Positions 29,435 to 38,245 of a stretch of DNA of 64,000 nucleotides are shown one piece after another (position 1 is the first letter of the stretch; each line of letters opens with the position of its first letter). A program made the position numbers and the translations under genes. Under the pieces are notes generated by a model, which was not told the DNA's origin, ran no database searches, and was given only the letters and a program-made list of their open reading frames with translations. This DNA comes from Candidatus Doudnabacteria bacterium (GTDB lineage: Bacteria; Patescibacteriota; Doudnabacteria; UBA920), in NCBI GenBank assembly GCA_963837465.1, contig CAWINB010000004.1:793078-857077 (forward strand). Direction: 5' to 3'.

Positions 29435-29469
29435 GAATTCCTAATTCCTAATTCCTAATTCCTAATTCC
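29435..29469. repeat. Heptamer tandem repeat (G/T)AATTCC x5 ending 5 nt before the start codon
   Basis: gaattcc taattcc taattcc taattcc taattcc, then agctaATG. Confidence 0.85.
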
Positions 29470-29474
29470 AGCTA

Positions 29475-31241
29475 ATGACCGTTCCCAGTGTTTACATAAA
29501 TTTGGAAGATGACGTTTCAAGAGTAGTGACACGGCTTGGCCATCAGTCGGCGCGGCAGGTTGTTTTGGTCTGCCCCAAGCGCTGTTTTCTGTTCAGCGAC
29601 AGCATTAATTTGCGCCTGCTTAAAAAACAGACAGACATGCTTGGCAAGGAAGTTTTTATTTTGACCATGGATGAACGGGGCCAGCTTTACGCCAAGGAAG
29701 CGGGGTTTGGGCTTAAATTTTTACCAAAAAACGGCGGCTCCAGAGTTATGTCGGATGTTCGGATGCCCCAAAAACCTGTAGTCGCGGCCGCATCGGACGA
29801 GCCCTGGGAAGTTGTCGGACCGGAAAAAGACGGGGCTGTATCAGGCTCTTTGGGCGCGATTGCCGGTAACGAGGAGGCCGTTACCCAACAATCCATGCTA
29901 TTGCCTGAAGCGGCTTTGCCCAAAGAGCCGGCGGTTTCTTTGCCAGCTGTCGCGGAGCCATTGTCCCAAACTCAGTCCGATCCTGATATTCCGGTGGCGG
30001 TGACCGAAAGTTTTTTCCCGGCGGAAATTCAGGAAGAGTATAAAGACCAGCCAAAAAAATCCCATTCTTCAAAAATTATTTCGGCCATTGTGGCTTTGTC
30101 TCTAATCTTAATTTTGCTTTTGGTTTTCGTGGTGCTGCCCAAAGCCGAAGTAATTGTTTACCCCAAGGCCGAAGCGCTTACCCGGGATATGGACATAACT
30201 ATCAGCGCCAACGCCACAGGTATTGATCCGCAAAAGCTGGTAATTCCGGCGACTAAGGTAGATGACACCATAAGTGTTTCCGATAACTTTACCAGCCAGG
30301 GAAAAATGCAGGTCGGCAATAAGGCCGAAGGCACGGTCCAGATTTATAATTTCACCCGCCTGCCCATTAACTTAAAAGCCGCTACCACCGTGCTTATGGT
30401 CGGCAGCCAGACTTATAACCTGGTTAACGATGTCGTGGATTTAAAGCCCACCGAATATAAAGATGCTCTTACCAAAGAAGTGGATCCAAACAGTCTGGGC
30501 GCGCCCATAGAAATCATAGCCACGCGGGGCGGGGATGATTATAATTTACCGGCGGGGACGCGGCTGGAAATTACCAACCAGGTGTTCGGCAGCAAGCCGC
30601 AGCTGCTTTACGCCAAAAGCTTTACGGACATTGACGGCGGCACCACCCGTTATCTTTCGCTTATTTCACAGGACGATATCGCCGGCGCGCAAAAACAATT
30701 GCAGGCCGAGGCGCTTGCCCAGGAGCGGCAAAAGCTCCAGGCCCAGGGGTTGGTTTTGGCCGATGGCGCGTATTCGGAAACTGCCGGCCAGTTTTCCGCC
30801 GATAATCCGGTGGGCACCCAGACCCCGAGTTTTAACGCCAGTTCAACCGCGCGGATCACGGGCCTGGCTTTTAAGCAAACCGATCTGAACACTACGGTTT
30901 ACCAGCGCATCAGCCAAAGCCTGAGTTCCGACCAGACTTTGCAAACCGGCAATTCCGCCCAAATTACCTACGTAGTTAATAACCTGGATCTAACCAACGG
31001 GATGGCGGTTTTATCCACCCATTTCCAGGGCGAAGGCGTCTTTGATGTAAATGTCTCCAACCTCGCGCCGGAACTCACAGGCAAAAGCCAAAGCCAGGTT
31101 AATGAAATACTAAGTTCGCGGGCGGAAATAGACAGTGTGCAGATTACCCTCGCGCCGGCCTGGCAGAAAAATTTTCCCCTGTTCGCAAGCAAAATAAATC
31201 TAAGCGTCGCCTCTGCTACCCCGATATCCGGTTCCAATTAG
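29475..31241 (+). CDS. Hypothetical protein with a single TM anchor and a large extracytoplasmic domain
   Basis: 588 aa; TM at IISAIVALSLILILLLVFVVL; no recognisable domains. Confidence 0.6.
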   Translation: MTVPSVYINLEDDVSRVVTRLGHQSARQVVLVCPKRCFLFSDSINLRLLKKQTDMLGKEVFILTMDERGQLYAKEAGFGLKFLPKNGGSRVMSDVRMPQKPVVAAASDEPWEVVGPEKDGAVSGSLGAIAGNEEAVTQQSMLLPEAALPKEPAVSLPAVAEPLSQTQSDPDIPVAVTESFFPAEIQEEYKDQPKKSHSSKIISAIVALSLILILLLVFVVLPKAEVIVYPKAEALTRDMDITISANATGIDPQKLVIPATKVDDTISVSDNFTSQGKMQVGNKAEGTVQIYNFTRLPINLKAATTVLMVGSQTYNLVNDVVDLKPTEYKDALTKEVDPNSLGAPIEIIATRGGDDYNLPAGTRLEITNQVFGSKPQLLYAKSFTDIDGGTTRYLSLISQDDIAGAQKQLQAEALAQERQKLQAQGLVLADGAYSETAGQFSADNPVGTQTPSFNASSTARITGLAFKQTDLNTTVYQRISQSLSSDQTLQTGNSAQITYVVNNLDLTNGMAVLSTHFQGEGVFDVNVSNLAPELTGKSQSQVNEILSSRAEIDSVQITLAPAWQKNFPLFASKINLSVASATPISGSN

Positions 31242-31349
31242 CTTTATTTAAGCTCATTTTGGCAAAATCAAAGGCTTAAGTATTTTTTGAGTTGACAACT
31301 ATCGCGGAGTTATGTTAAACTTTTGCAAGATAATTCAAATTAAATCAGT

Positions 31350-31604
31350 TTGATCTCCAGTAATCAAGACTCAGGGAAGTCACGACAAAATAAGAAAGAT
31401 GTCATTGAACTTGAGGGCAAAGTTATAGAAAATTTGCCTAATGCTATTTTTCGCGTCCAACTTGATTCGGGGCAGATAGTTTTGGGCCATTTGGCCGGAA
31501 AAATGCGGGTTAATATGATTCGCGTTATGCCCGGGGACAAAGTCCTGATTGAAATGACCCCGTATGATTTAACCAAAGGCAGGATAACCAGGAGAATGAG
31601 GTAG
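31350..31604 (+). CDS. infA: Translation initiation factor IF-1
   Basis: [38 protein letters not shown]...ITRRMR. Confidence 0.85.
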   Translation: MISSNQDSGKSRQNKKDVIELEGKVIENLPNAIFRVQLDSGQIVLGHLAGKMRVNMIRVMPGDKVLIEMTPYDLTKGRITRRMR

Positions 31605-31606
31605 AG

Positions 31607-31687
31607 TTTACGAAGTACGAATATTTACGAACTTACAAAAAGGTTCGCTTATCGTTCGTACGTTCGTAAATATTCGTACTTCGTAAA
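31607..31687. repeat. P1 palindromic element copy 2 (perfect 26-bp stem)
   Basis: tttacgaagtacgaatatttacgaac...gttcgtaaatattcgtacttcgtaaa. Confidence 0.7.
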
Positions 31688-31693
31688 ATATAT

Positions 31694-31807
31694 ATGAAAG
31701 TCAAAGCTTCAGTAAAACCCAGGTGCAAGAAATGCAAAATCGTCAGACGCTTCGGACGTGTTTATGTTATTTGCGTAATCCCCAAGCATAAGCAACGCCA
31801 AGGATAG
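31694..31807 (+). CDS. rpmJ: Ribosomal protein L36 (not in ORF track, below 60 aa)
   Basis: [37 protein letters not shown]. Confidence 0.85.
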   Translation: MKVKASVKPRCKKCKIVRRFGRVYVICVIPKHKQRQG

Positions 31808-31810
31808 TGC

Positions 31811-31911
31811 AATTGACAAGATTGACATAATTTAAAAAATTGACAAAATTAAAGCTGTGTCCTAATTATGTCAATTATGTCAATTTTATTTAATTTTGTT
31901 CAATAAACTTT
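31811..31911 (+). promoter_or_regulatory. Promoter/leader cassette A (TTGACA boxes, inverted TGTCAAT repeats, conserved leader ending at the rpsM ATG)
   Basis: ~95-nt near-identity to 62514..62606. Confidence 0.55.
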
Positions 31912-32301
31912 ATGGCCAGAATCGCCGGAATAAATTTACCCAACGAAAAACGCGTCGAAGCGGCATTGCCCTATATTTACGGCGTGGGTTTAAGTTTGTC
32001 AAAAAAAATTCTCGCTTCGGCCAGCGTGGATCCCGACAAGCGCAGCAAAGACTTAACGGAGCCCGAGTTAAACCGCATCCGCGAATATATTGAAAAGCAC
32101 TTTAAAGTGGAAGGCGAGCTCAGGCAGCAGGTTTTACTCAACATCAAGCGCCTTAAGGAAATTGGTTCCTACCGCGGCATCCGCCATATAAAAGGCTTGC
32201 CGGTCCGTGGCCAGCGCACCAAAACCAACTCCCGCACCCGCCGCGGCAACGTGCGCAAAACCGCGGGCAGCGGCCGCAAGAACGCTTCGGAAAAGACCTA
32301 G
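31912..32301 (+). CDS. rpsM: Ribosomal protein S13
   Basis: [10 protein letters not shown]...[17 protein letters not shown]. Confidence 0.95.
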   Translation: MARIAGINLPNEKRVEAALPYIYGVGLSLSKKILASASVDPDKRSKDLTEPELNRIREYIEKHFKVEGELRQQVLLNIKRLKEIGSYRGIRHIKGLPVRGQRTKTNSRTRRGNVRKTAGSGRKNASEKT

Positions 32302-32302
32302 C

Positions 32303-32384
32303 TTCACGAAATACGAACAGGCGCGAACTCACAAGCTTCGCTTATCGATGATTCATATATTCGTAAATATTCGCGCTTCGCAAA
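32303..32384. repeat. P1 element, degenerate copy 3
   Basis: cacgaaatacgaacaggcgcgaac...ttcgtaaatattcgcgcttcg. Confidence 0.4.
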
Positions 32385-32404
32385 TTCTGTAAACTCTATT
32401 ATTT

Positions 32405-32875
32405 ATGGCAGAAGAAACCACAACTGAAACCCAGACGGAAAATTTGCCAAAAGTTTCGGCGACCGAAGCCGTTGTTGGCGATGCCCAGGGTCCTAAAATC
32501 AAGTCCAGGAAGAAAAAGGCCAAGGTCAAGGTTACCAAAGGTAAAATTTACATCAATTCCACTTACAACAATACCATTGTTTCCGCTACGGATATGTCCG
32601 GCAATGTTTTAATCTGGTCAACGGCCGGCAAGAACGGTTTCAAAGGTTCCAAAAAATCCACTCCTTACGCCGGACAGCGGACTATGGAAGATGTTCTGGC
32701 ACGTCTGCGCGAAAGGGGATTGGCGGAGGTTGACGTTTTGATCAAAGGCATAGGCAGCGGCCGCGAGTCTGCCGTCAGAGCGCTTCAGGGCAGCGGTTTA
32801 AGCGTGCTGTCCATTAAAGACCAGACACCCATCCCGCACGGCGGCGTCAGACCCAAGAAACCGCGGCGCGTCTAA
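32405..32875 (+). CDS. rpsK: Ribosomal protein S11 with an N-terminal extension
   Basis: GKIYINSTYNNTIVSATD...GFKGSKKSTPYAGQ. Confidence 0.9.
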   Translation: MAEETTTETQTENLPKVSATEAVVGDAQGPKIKSRKKKAKVKVTKGKIYINSTYNNTIVSATDMSGNVLIWSTAGKNGFKGSKKSTPYAGQRTMEDVLARLRERGLAEVDVLIKGIGSGRESAVRALQGSGLSVLSIKDQTPIPHGGVRPKKPRRV

Positions 32876-32880
32876 TCCGC

Positions 32881-32960
32881 AGTTAAAAGTTATCAAGTTG
32901 CAAGTTATAAAGTAACCGCAACTCATACTTGATAACTTTCTACTTTTAACTTTATAACTA
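32881..32960 (+). promoter_or_regulatory. Nested inverted repeats in the rpsK-rpsD intergenic region (structured leader)
   Basis: aaaagttatcaag/cttgataactttt, gttaaaagt/acttttaac, agttataaagt/actttataact. Confidence 0.4.
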
Positions 32961-32964
32961 ATTT

Positions 32965-33573
32965 ATGAGATACACCGGACCAAAAGTAAAAAAAGCCAGA
33001 CGGCTTGGCATGGCCTTTACGGCCAAAGACGCCAAAATTTTGCAAAAGCGGGGTTTCCCGCCTGGCCAGCACGGCCAGAACCGGGTCAGGCTTTCCGAAT
33101 ACGGGACCCAGTTGCGCGAAAAGCAGAAAGCCAAAATCGCCTACGGAGTTATGGAAAGGCAGTTTGAAATTTATTTCAACAAGGCCTTGAAGCAGCCCGG
33201 CGTTACCGGCGATAATCTGCTCAAGCTTTTGGAAATGAGGCTGGACAACATTGTTTACCGTCTGGGTTTTGCCGAAACCCGCGCCCAGTCGCGGCAGCTG
33301 GTCAATCACGGTTTTTTTGAGGTCAACGGCAAAAAAGTCGACATTCCTTCTTACCAGGTCCGCTCCGGGGACTTAGTCGCCATCAGGGCTGTCAAGCAAA
33401 AAAAAGCCTACCTGGAAAAAATCAGGGAAAAGTTAAAGAATTTTAAAACCATGGACTGGCTGGAATTAAACGGCGGCAAGTTTTCCGGAAAAGTTTTAAG
33501 CTCGCCGCTGGTTGAAGGTCTTGAAAGCAATATCAACACCCAGCTTATAGTTGAGCATTACAGCAGAACATAA
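32965..33573 (+). CDS. rpsD: Ribosomal protein S4
   Basis: MRYTGPKVKKARRLG... Confidence 0.95.
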   Translation: MRYTGPKVKKARRLGMAFTAKDAKILQKRGFPPGQHGQNRVRLSEYGTQLREKQKAKIAYGVMERQFEIYFNKALKQPGVTGDNLLKLLEMRLDNIVYRLGFAETRAQSRQLVNHGFFEVNGKKVDIPSYQVRSGDLVAIRAVKQKKAYLEKIREKLKNFKTMDWLELNGGKFSGKVLSSPLVEGLESNINTQLIVEHYSRT

Positions 33574-33584
33574 TTAATAATAAT

Positions 33585-33647
33585 ATCCTTTATCCTTTAT
33601 CTTTAATCTTTTACCGGTTAAAGATTAAGGATTAAAGATAAAGGATT
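33585..33647. repeat. Heptamer run (ATCCTTT ATCCTTT ATCTTTA ATCTTTT) that is also the left arm of a palindrome around ACCGGT
   Basis: Direct reading in the rpsD-rpoA intergenic region. Confidence 0.6.
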
Positions 33648-33655
33648 CATCTATT

Positions 33656-34594
33656 ATGGAAGCCATCCCTCTGCCAAATCACGCCCATGTTACGGACCTG
33701 GGCGACAATAAATATAGTCTGGTTTTAGAGCCCCTTTATCCGGGTTATGGTGTTACTATTGGCAACGCCATGCGCAGGGTACTGCTTTCTTCCATGCCCG
33801 GCGCGGCAGTAACTTCCGTAAAAATTAAGTTCGTGGACCACGAATTTTCCACCATCCCCAATGTTAAGGAAGATGTCATTCAGATTATCCTGAACTTAAA
33901 ACAGCTTCGCCTGCAGAGTTTTAGCGGCGAGCCGGTTAAGCTGTCGTTAAAAGCAAAGGGAGAAAAAGTAGTGACCGCGGCCGACATAAAAGAAACCGAT
34001 CAAGTCCAGGTTATAAACAAAGGTTTGCATATTGCCACTTTGGACAACAAAAATTCCGATTTTGATATGGAGCTGACGATTGAACAGGGTCGCGGCTACG
34101 TGCCGGTTGAAGCCCGGGAAAACCGCAAGCAGGAAGTCGGCGTTATTGCCATAGACGCGATTTTTACTCCGGTAAAATCCGTCCATTTTGATGTTACCAA
34201 CGTCCGCGTGGGGCAACTGACCAACTTTGACCGTTTGGAAGTTGTTATGGAAACGGACGGCGGGTTAACCGGCCAGGAAGCGTCCGACATTGCCGCGCAC
34301 ATTTTGGTTGACCATTTCAGCATGGTTTTCCTTGGCGGTTTTGGCGCCGCGGAAACTCCAAAGCAAGCCGAGCAATCCGTTCCGGAAGCCCAGGCGCCGG
34401 AGGCCGCGCAAGTGGCCGGTCAGGAAAATGAAATAGAAGCTTCCGCCCTTTCCACCCGCGCCAAGAACGCGCTGGTAAAAAATAATATTACGACCATGGC
34501 CCAGCTTTCCGCCCTTACCAATGATCAGATTTCCAACTTAGGCGGCCTGGGAGATAAGACAATTAAGGAAATTACGGAATTTTTAGGAAGATAG
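33656..34594 (+). CDS. rpoA: DNA-directed RNA polymerase subunit alpha
   Basis: N-terminal dimerisation domain and C-terminal alpha-CTD (ALSTRAKNAL..). Confidence 0.95.
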   Translation: MEAIPLPNHAHVTDLGDNKYSLVLEPLYPGYGVTIGNAMRRVLLSSMPGAAVTSVKIKFVDHEFSTIPNVKEDVIQIILNLKQLRLQSFSGEPVKLSLKAKGEKVVTAADIKETDQVQVINKGLHIATLDNKNSDFDMELTIEQGRGYVPVEARENRKQEVGVIAIDAIFTPVKSVHFDVTNVRVGQLTNFDRLEVVMETDGGLTGQEASDIAAHILVDHFSMVFLGGFGAAETPKQAEQSVPEAQAPEAAQVAGQENEIEASALSTRAKNALVKNNITTMAQLSALTNDQISNLGGLGDKTIKEITEFLGR

Positions 34595-34602
34595 GTAACG
34601 GC

Positions 34603-34672
34603 TAATCAGTAAATCAGCTAATCAGTAATCAGTACTGATATGCTGACCAGCTGATTCGCTGACCAGCTGACA
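34603..34672. repeat. Tandem repeats (TAATCAG-like heptamers, then GCTGACCAGCTGA x2) between rpoA and rplQ
   Basis: Direct reading. Confidence 0.55.
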
Positions 34673-34675
34673 CAT

Positions 34676-35020
34676 ATGAGGCACAAAAAGAAGAAAAAAA
34701 TCGGCAAAGGCAATGACCACAGAAGGAAGCTTCTTCGGACTTTGGCTTCGTCCCTGATTTTATACGAGAAAATCCGGACCGGCTACGCCAACGGTAAAGC
34801 CGCGAAAAGTTATACTGAAAAAGCCATCACCATTTCCAAAACCGGCACGCTCCACGCCCGCAGACAGCTTTTATCCAAGCTTTCGCCAATGGCCGCCAAA
34901 AAAGCCATGGAGGTTTTGGGCCCAAAGTACATCGACCGCAAGGGCGGCTACACCAGACTGCTTAAGCTTAATAATCCCAAGGCCGGAGCATCCAAAGTGC
35001 TGTTAGAATTAGTAGAATAA
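34676..35020 (+). CDS. rplQ: Ribosomal protein L17
   Basis: MRHKKKKKIGKGNDHRRKLLR... Confidence 0.9.
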   Translation: MRHKKKKKIGKGNDHRRKLLRTLASSLILYEKIRTGYANGKAAKSYTEKAITISKTGTLHARRQLLSKLSPMAAKKAMEVLGPKYIDRKGGYTRLLKLNNPKAGASKVLLELVE

Positions 35021-35021
35021 A

Positions 35022-35102
35022 TTTACGAAGTACGAAATCAGTACGAACTTACGAATGGTTCGCATCCGATTCGTAAGTTCGTAAAAATTCGTACTTCGTA
35101 AA
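35022..35102. repeat. P1 palindromic element copy 4
   Basis: tttacgaagtacgaaatcagtacgaacttacgaa...ttcgtaagttcgtaaaaattcgtacttcgtaaa. Confidence 0.7.
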
Positions 35103-35108
35103 CTATAT

Positions 35109-35519
35109 ATGAAATCCCAAAGCATTACATTACCAAAGACAGTAAAACGCTCCTGGCACCAGGTGGATGTTTCAAAGCAATCTATGGGCCGCGTGGCCAC
35201 GGAAATTGCCAATCTGCTTCGCGGCAAGCACAAGCGCGACTTTACTCCTTATATGGATATGGGCGATTTTGTGGTTGCCGTTAACGCCGGATCGTTAAAA
35301 TTTACCGGCCGCAAAGTGGAACAGAAACAGTATTTCCGCCATTCCGGGTACTTGGGCGGACTTAAAAAGACTTCGCTGAAGAATTTACTGGAAAAAAAGC
35401 CGGAAGAAGTTTTAAAAAAAGCCGTCTTTAGCATGCTGGACGACGTTAAATTCCGCAAGTCAATGATGTCCAGACTGAAGATTGTAAAAGATGACAAACA
35501 TATTTACAAAATTGATTAA
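35109..35519 (+). CDS. rplM: Ribosomal protein L13
   Basis: WHQVDVSKQSMGRVATEIANLLRGKHK.. Confidence 0.95.
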   Translation: MKSQSITLPKTVKRSWHQVDVSKQSMGRVATEIANLLRGKHKRDFTPYMDMGDFVVAVNAGSLKFTGRKVEQKQYFRHSGYLGGLKKTSLKNLLEKKPEEVLKKAVFSMLDDVKFRKSMMSRLKIVKDDKHIYKID

Positions 35520-35547
35520 TTAAAATTTTTGAATTAAATAAAATTTT

Positions 35548-36189
35548 TTGATCGATCAATTTTACTTAATTTTGTCAATTTTACTTAATTATTTTATGCC
35601 TACAAAGACCCATAAAACTCCAGCCGAAGGCCATTCCGCCCCGGCCGCAAAACCCGCCGCTAAAGCTCCCCGCAAACCCAGGGCGGCCGCGGTAAAAAAG
35701 CCCGCTGCCCACAAAGCAGAGGAAGACGGTTTGGATATCTCCAAAGTTTCGGAATCAGCGGAAGCCGAGCACGAGGTTCCGGCCAAAGCCCACAGCGAAA
35801 AAGGCAGGTACATTTTTGCCACCGGCCGACGGAAAACCGCCATTGCCAATGTGCGTTTGTTTGAAGGTAAGGGCGATATGGTTGTCAACAAAAAACCTTT
35901 AAAGCAGTACTTTGCTTACAGTTTCCATTACGACGAAATTAGCCGTCCGTTTGAAGTAACCGGGCTTGGCGGCAAGCACTATTTTACCGCCCACGTAAAC
36001 GGCGGCGGCCCGCACGCCCAAGCCACAGCCCTCAGGCACGGCATCAGCATAGCCCTTGGCAAAACTTCCGAAGACGTCCGCAAAGTCCTGAAAAAGAACG
36101 GCTTCCTCACCCGCGACGACCGCAAAAAAGAACGCAAGAAACCAGGCCTTAAACGCGCCAGGCGTGCCGGACAGTGGGCGAAGCGTTAG
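35548..36189 (+). CDS. rpsI: Ribosomal protein S9 with an Ala/Lys/Pro-rich N-terminal extension; likely start 35596
   Basis: GRRKTAIANVRL...GGGPHAQATALRHGISIAL; the conserved leader motif ttaattattttATG ends at 35596. Confidence 0.9.
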   Translation: MIDQFYLILSILLNYFMPTKTHKTPAEGHSAPAAKPAAKAPRKPRAAAVKKPAAHKAEEDGLDISKVSESAEAEHEVPAKAHSEKGRYIFATGRRKTAIANVRLFEGKGDMVVNKKPLKQYFAYSFHYDEISRPFEVTGLGGKHYFTAHVNGGGPHAQATALRHGISIALGKTSEDVRKVLKKNGFLTRDDRKKERKKPGLKRARRAGQWAKR

Positions 36190-36200
36190 AAATTATATCA

Positions 36201-36228
36201 AACACCCTGTAAATACAGGGTGTTTTTT
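36201..36228 (+). terminator. Rho-independent terminator after rpsI
   Basis: aacaccctgtaaatacagggtgtttttt. Confidence 0.7.
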
Positions 36229-36430
36229 ATGTGATTAAAGAACCTCTGCTGCACTAAAAGTAACAAGTCGGGAAAGAAATCAGCGCGCTTAAACAACAGG
36301 CGGAAAATTGGATTAACCTTAACAACCAGCAAAAAAACCTGTTTAAGGACGAAGCCGATGCCTACTTTAAAAGTTACAAATACCTTGGTTTTACTTACAA
36401 ATATGCCTATGAATTTTTAGAACAAACTTT

Positions 36431-36541
36431 GGAGACGAGAAATCCGTCGAGGGTTCTATCAAGATTGGCGCTAAGGGCTTTATAAGCAAGCCCTTCACAG
36501 CAGAAAAAATACTTGCGGCACTGGGAAATGGCACCCTTTAA
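36431..36541 (+). pseudogene. Remnant of a response-regulator receiver domain (C-terminal ~36 aa)
   Basis: GDEKSVEGSIKIGAKGFISKPFTAEKILAALGNGTL* carries the KPF receiver motif; no intact upstream frame. Confidence 0.35.
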
Positions 36542-36757
36542 AGACATGACGGGGAAATGGAGGAAAATTATACGAGTAAACCGAAGATTCTACAAAAATT
36601 CGGCACGGCGGGCAGAGTGTAATTATCTGCCTTCCTTTCCGAGTTCATCAAAAAATTGGTGAATTGAGAAGGGGATATCGCTTGGTTTAATTTAAAAACG
36701 CCCGGCAGAACGATTTTATGCTATACTGTAGGAAATAATATAATTAAACTTAATTTT

Positions 36758-37536
36758 ATGGAATCAAATAATATTTTGCCAAAATGGTTAATAAATTGTT
36801 TGGGTGGTTTGCTGATACTTTTGGTGGCTTTGCTGGTTGTGCAAAAAGCTCAGGATTTGCATACGGCTTTTGCCAATAGTAAGCCAGCTAATACAATATC
36901 GGTTTCTGGTGAGGGTAAGGTTACCGCTACTCCGGATTTGGCTACTGTTACTATTGGTGTAATTTCGCAGGGCGTCGACCGTCGGCGGCCGTGCAGAGCC
37001 AGAATGATGATAAGGTAAATAAGGTTATTGCTTTTATTAAACAGCAGGGGATTGCGGACGCGGATGTTTCCACTTCCCAGTACAATATCCAGCCGCAGTA
37101 CGATTACACCAAGAGCCAGCCTGCAATTACCGGCTACCAGGTTAACCAAAGCGTGGTGGTTAAAGTACGCGGCGTAGATAAATCCCAAACAGTTTTAAAT
37201 GCTATTTTAGACGGCGCGGTAGGTAGCGGAGCCAACGAGATTGATGGTGTAGATTTGTCGGTGGACAACCCCGATGCCCTACAGGAACAGGCCCAGGAGC
37301 AGGCAATTTCCAATGCCAAACAAAAGGCTCAGGCGCTGGCCCAGGCCGCGGGTTTAACTTTGGGTAAAGTTGTTAGTGTTTCGGAAAATTCCGTAACTCC
37401 CGTTCAGCCGATGCCTTACGCCTTTAATTCCTCGCTGGCCATGGGAGCCGCTCCGGCCGCGGCTGTTGCCCCAAGCATCCAAACCGGCAGCCAGGAAATA
37501 GACGAGACAATGACGCTGACTTTTGAGATCAAATAA
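36758..37536 (+). pseudogene. SIMPL/DUF541 (BP26-like) periplasmic protein, frameshifted near 36975 (or a sequencing indel)
   Basis: ORFs 36758..37018 and 36991..37536 together give the SIMPL N-terminus (TISVSGEGKVTATPDLATVTIGV) and remainder (SAAVQSQNDDKVNKVIAFIKQQGI...) in different frames. Confidence 0.6.
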
Positions 37537-37640
37537 CATAATTCTATAGACAAGATCCGCCTAAGCCCTGCGCAAAGGGGGACGAGATTAAATAAATTTA
37601 AAGCAGAGACAAAGAAAGTAAACGGAAGGACACGGATATA

Positions 37641-37673
37641 AAAAATACCATGAGATTTTTCATGGTATTTTTT
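37641..37673. terminator. Bidirectional hairpin terminator
   Basis: aaaaataccatgagatttttcatggtatttttt. Confidence 0.55.
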
Positions 37674-37680
37674 ATGCTCC

Positions 37681-38085
37681 GGGCAAACTCATAAGCCGAA
37701 TTCTGTTTCTCTCCGCCTTCGCGTAAAGCTATGCGGATCAGCGCCGTAAAATAAATTACAGTTGCTGAATAATCATCTATCTAGCCCCGCCATTGCTGGC
37801 GGGATCGAGCAGCCTACCTAATTTGGCCTTGCACTCAAGTAAGGATTTAGCCGTTTCACCCTTCGGCTTCGCTCAGAGCCTCGCGGCCCCGGGTTTATAT
37901 GAAGGTTGATCCAAATTTTGGATCCCCGCGCCTTTCGGCGGCAGGCGTCACTGTTCGCACCTCGCGGATTACTCCGGACGGGGATTACCCGCTACCAATT
38001 TTGATAACTCTTAAGAGGTTATCAAACAAGTGTTCGGACTTTCCTACCCTTAAAATAAATTAAGGATCGATTATTCGGTTTGCCC
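37681..38085 (-). ncRNA. rnpB: RNase P RNA (bacterial type A)
   Basis: Reverse complement contains GGAAAGTCCGAACAC, GGTAGGCTGCTCGA, CTAGATAGATGA and ACAGAATTCGGCTTAT; P1 pairing GGGCAAAC/GTTTGCCC; no ORFs on either strand. Confidence 0.85.
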
Positions 38086-38111
38086 AAAGCCCATAAATAT
38101 TAGCAAAAAAG

Positions 38112-38141
38112 CTTGTTTTTGTCAACCTAAAATGGTATAAT
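38112..38141 (+). promoter_or_regulatory. Candidate promoter with extended -10 (TGGTATAAT)
   Basis: cttgtt...18nt...tggtataat. Confidence 0.45.
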
Positions 38142-38245
38142 AAAACCGCTGAATTCACGCTGAAGACTGCGACGTTGGTTATAACGCTGAATACGAATTT
38201 CAGCGACTGTTTAGCGTTAGAATCGGCATCATTTTAGCGGTTTTT
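38142..38245 (+). promoter_or_regulatory. Structured 5' leader of the WbaP-like gene (CGCTGAA repeats; terminator-like hairpin abutting the ATG)
   Basis: aaaaccgct...(cgctgaa x3, ttcagcg)...agcggtttttATG. Confidence 0.4.
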
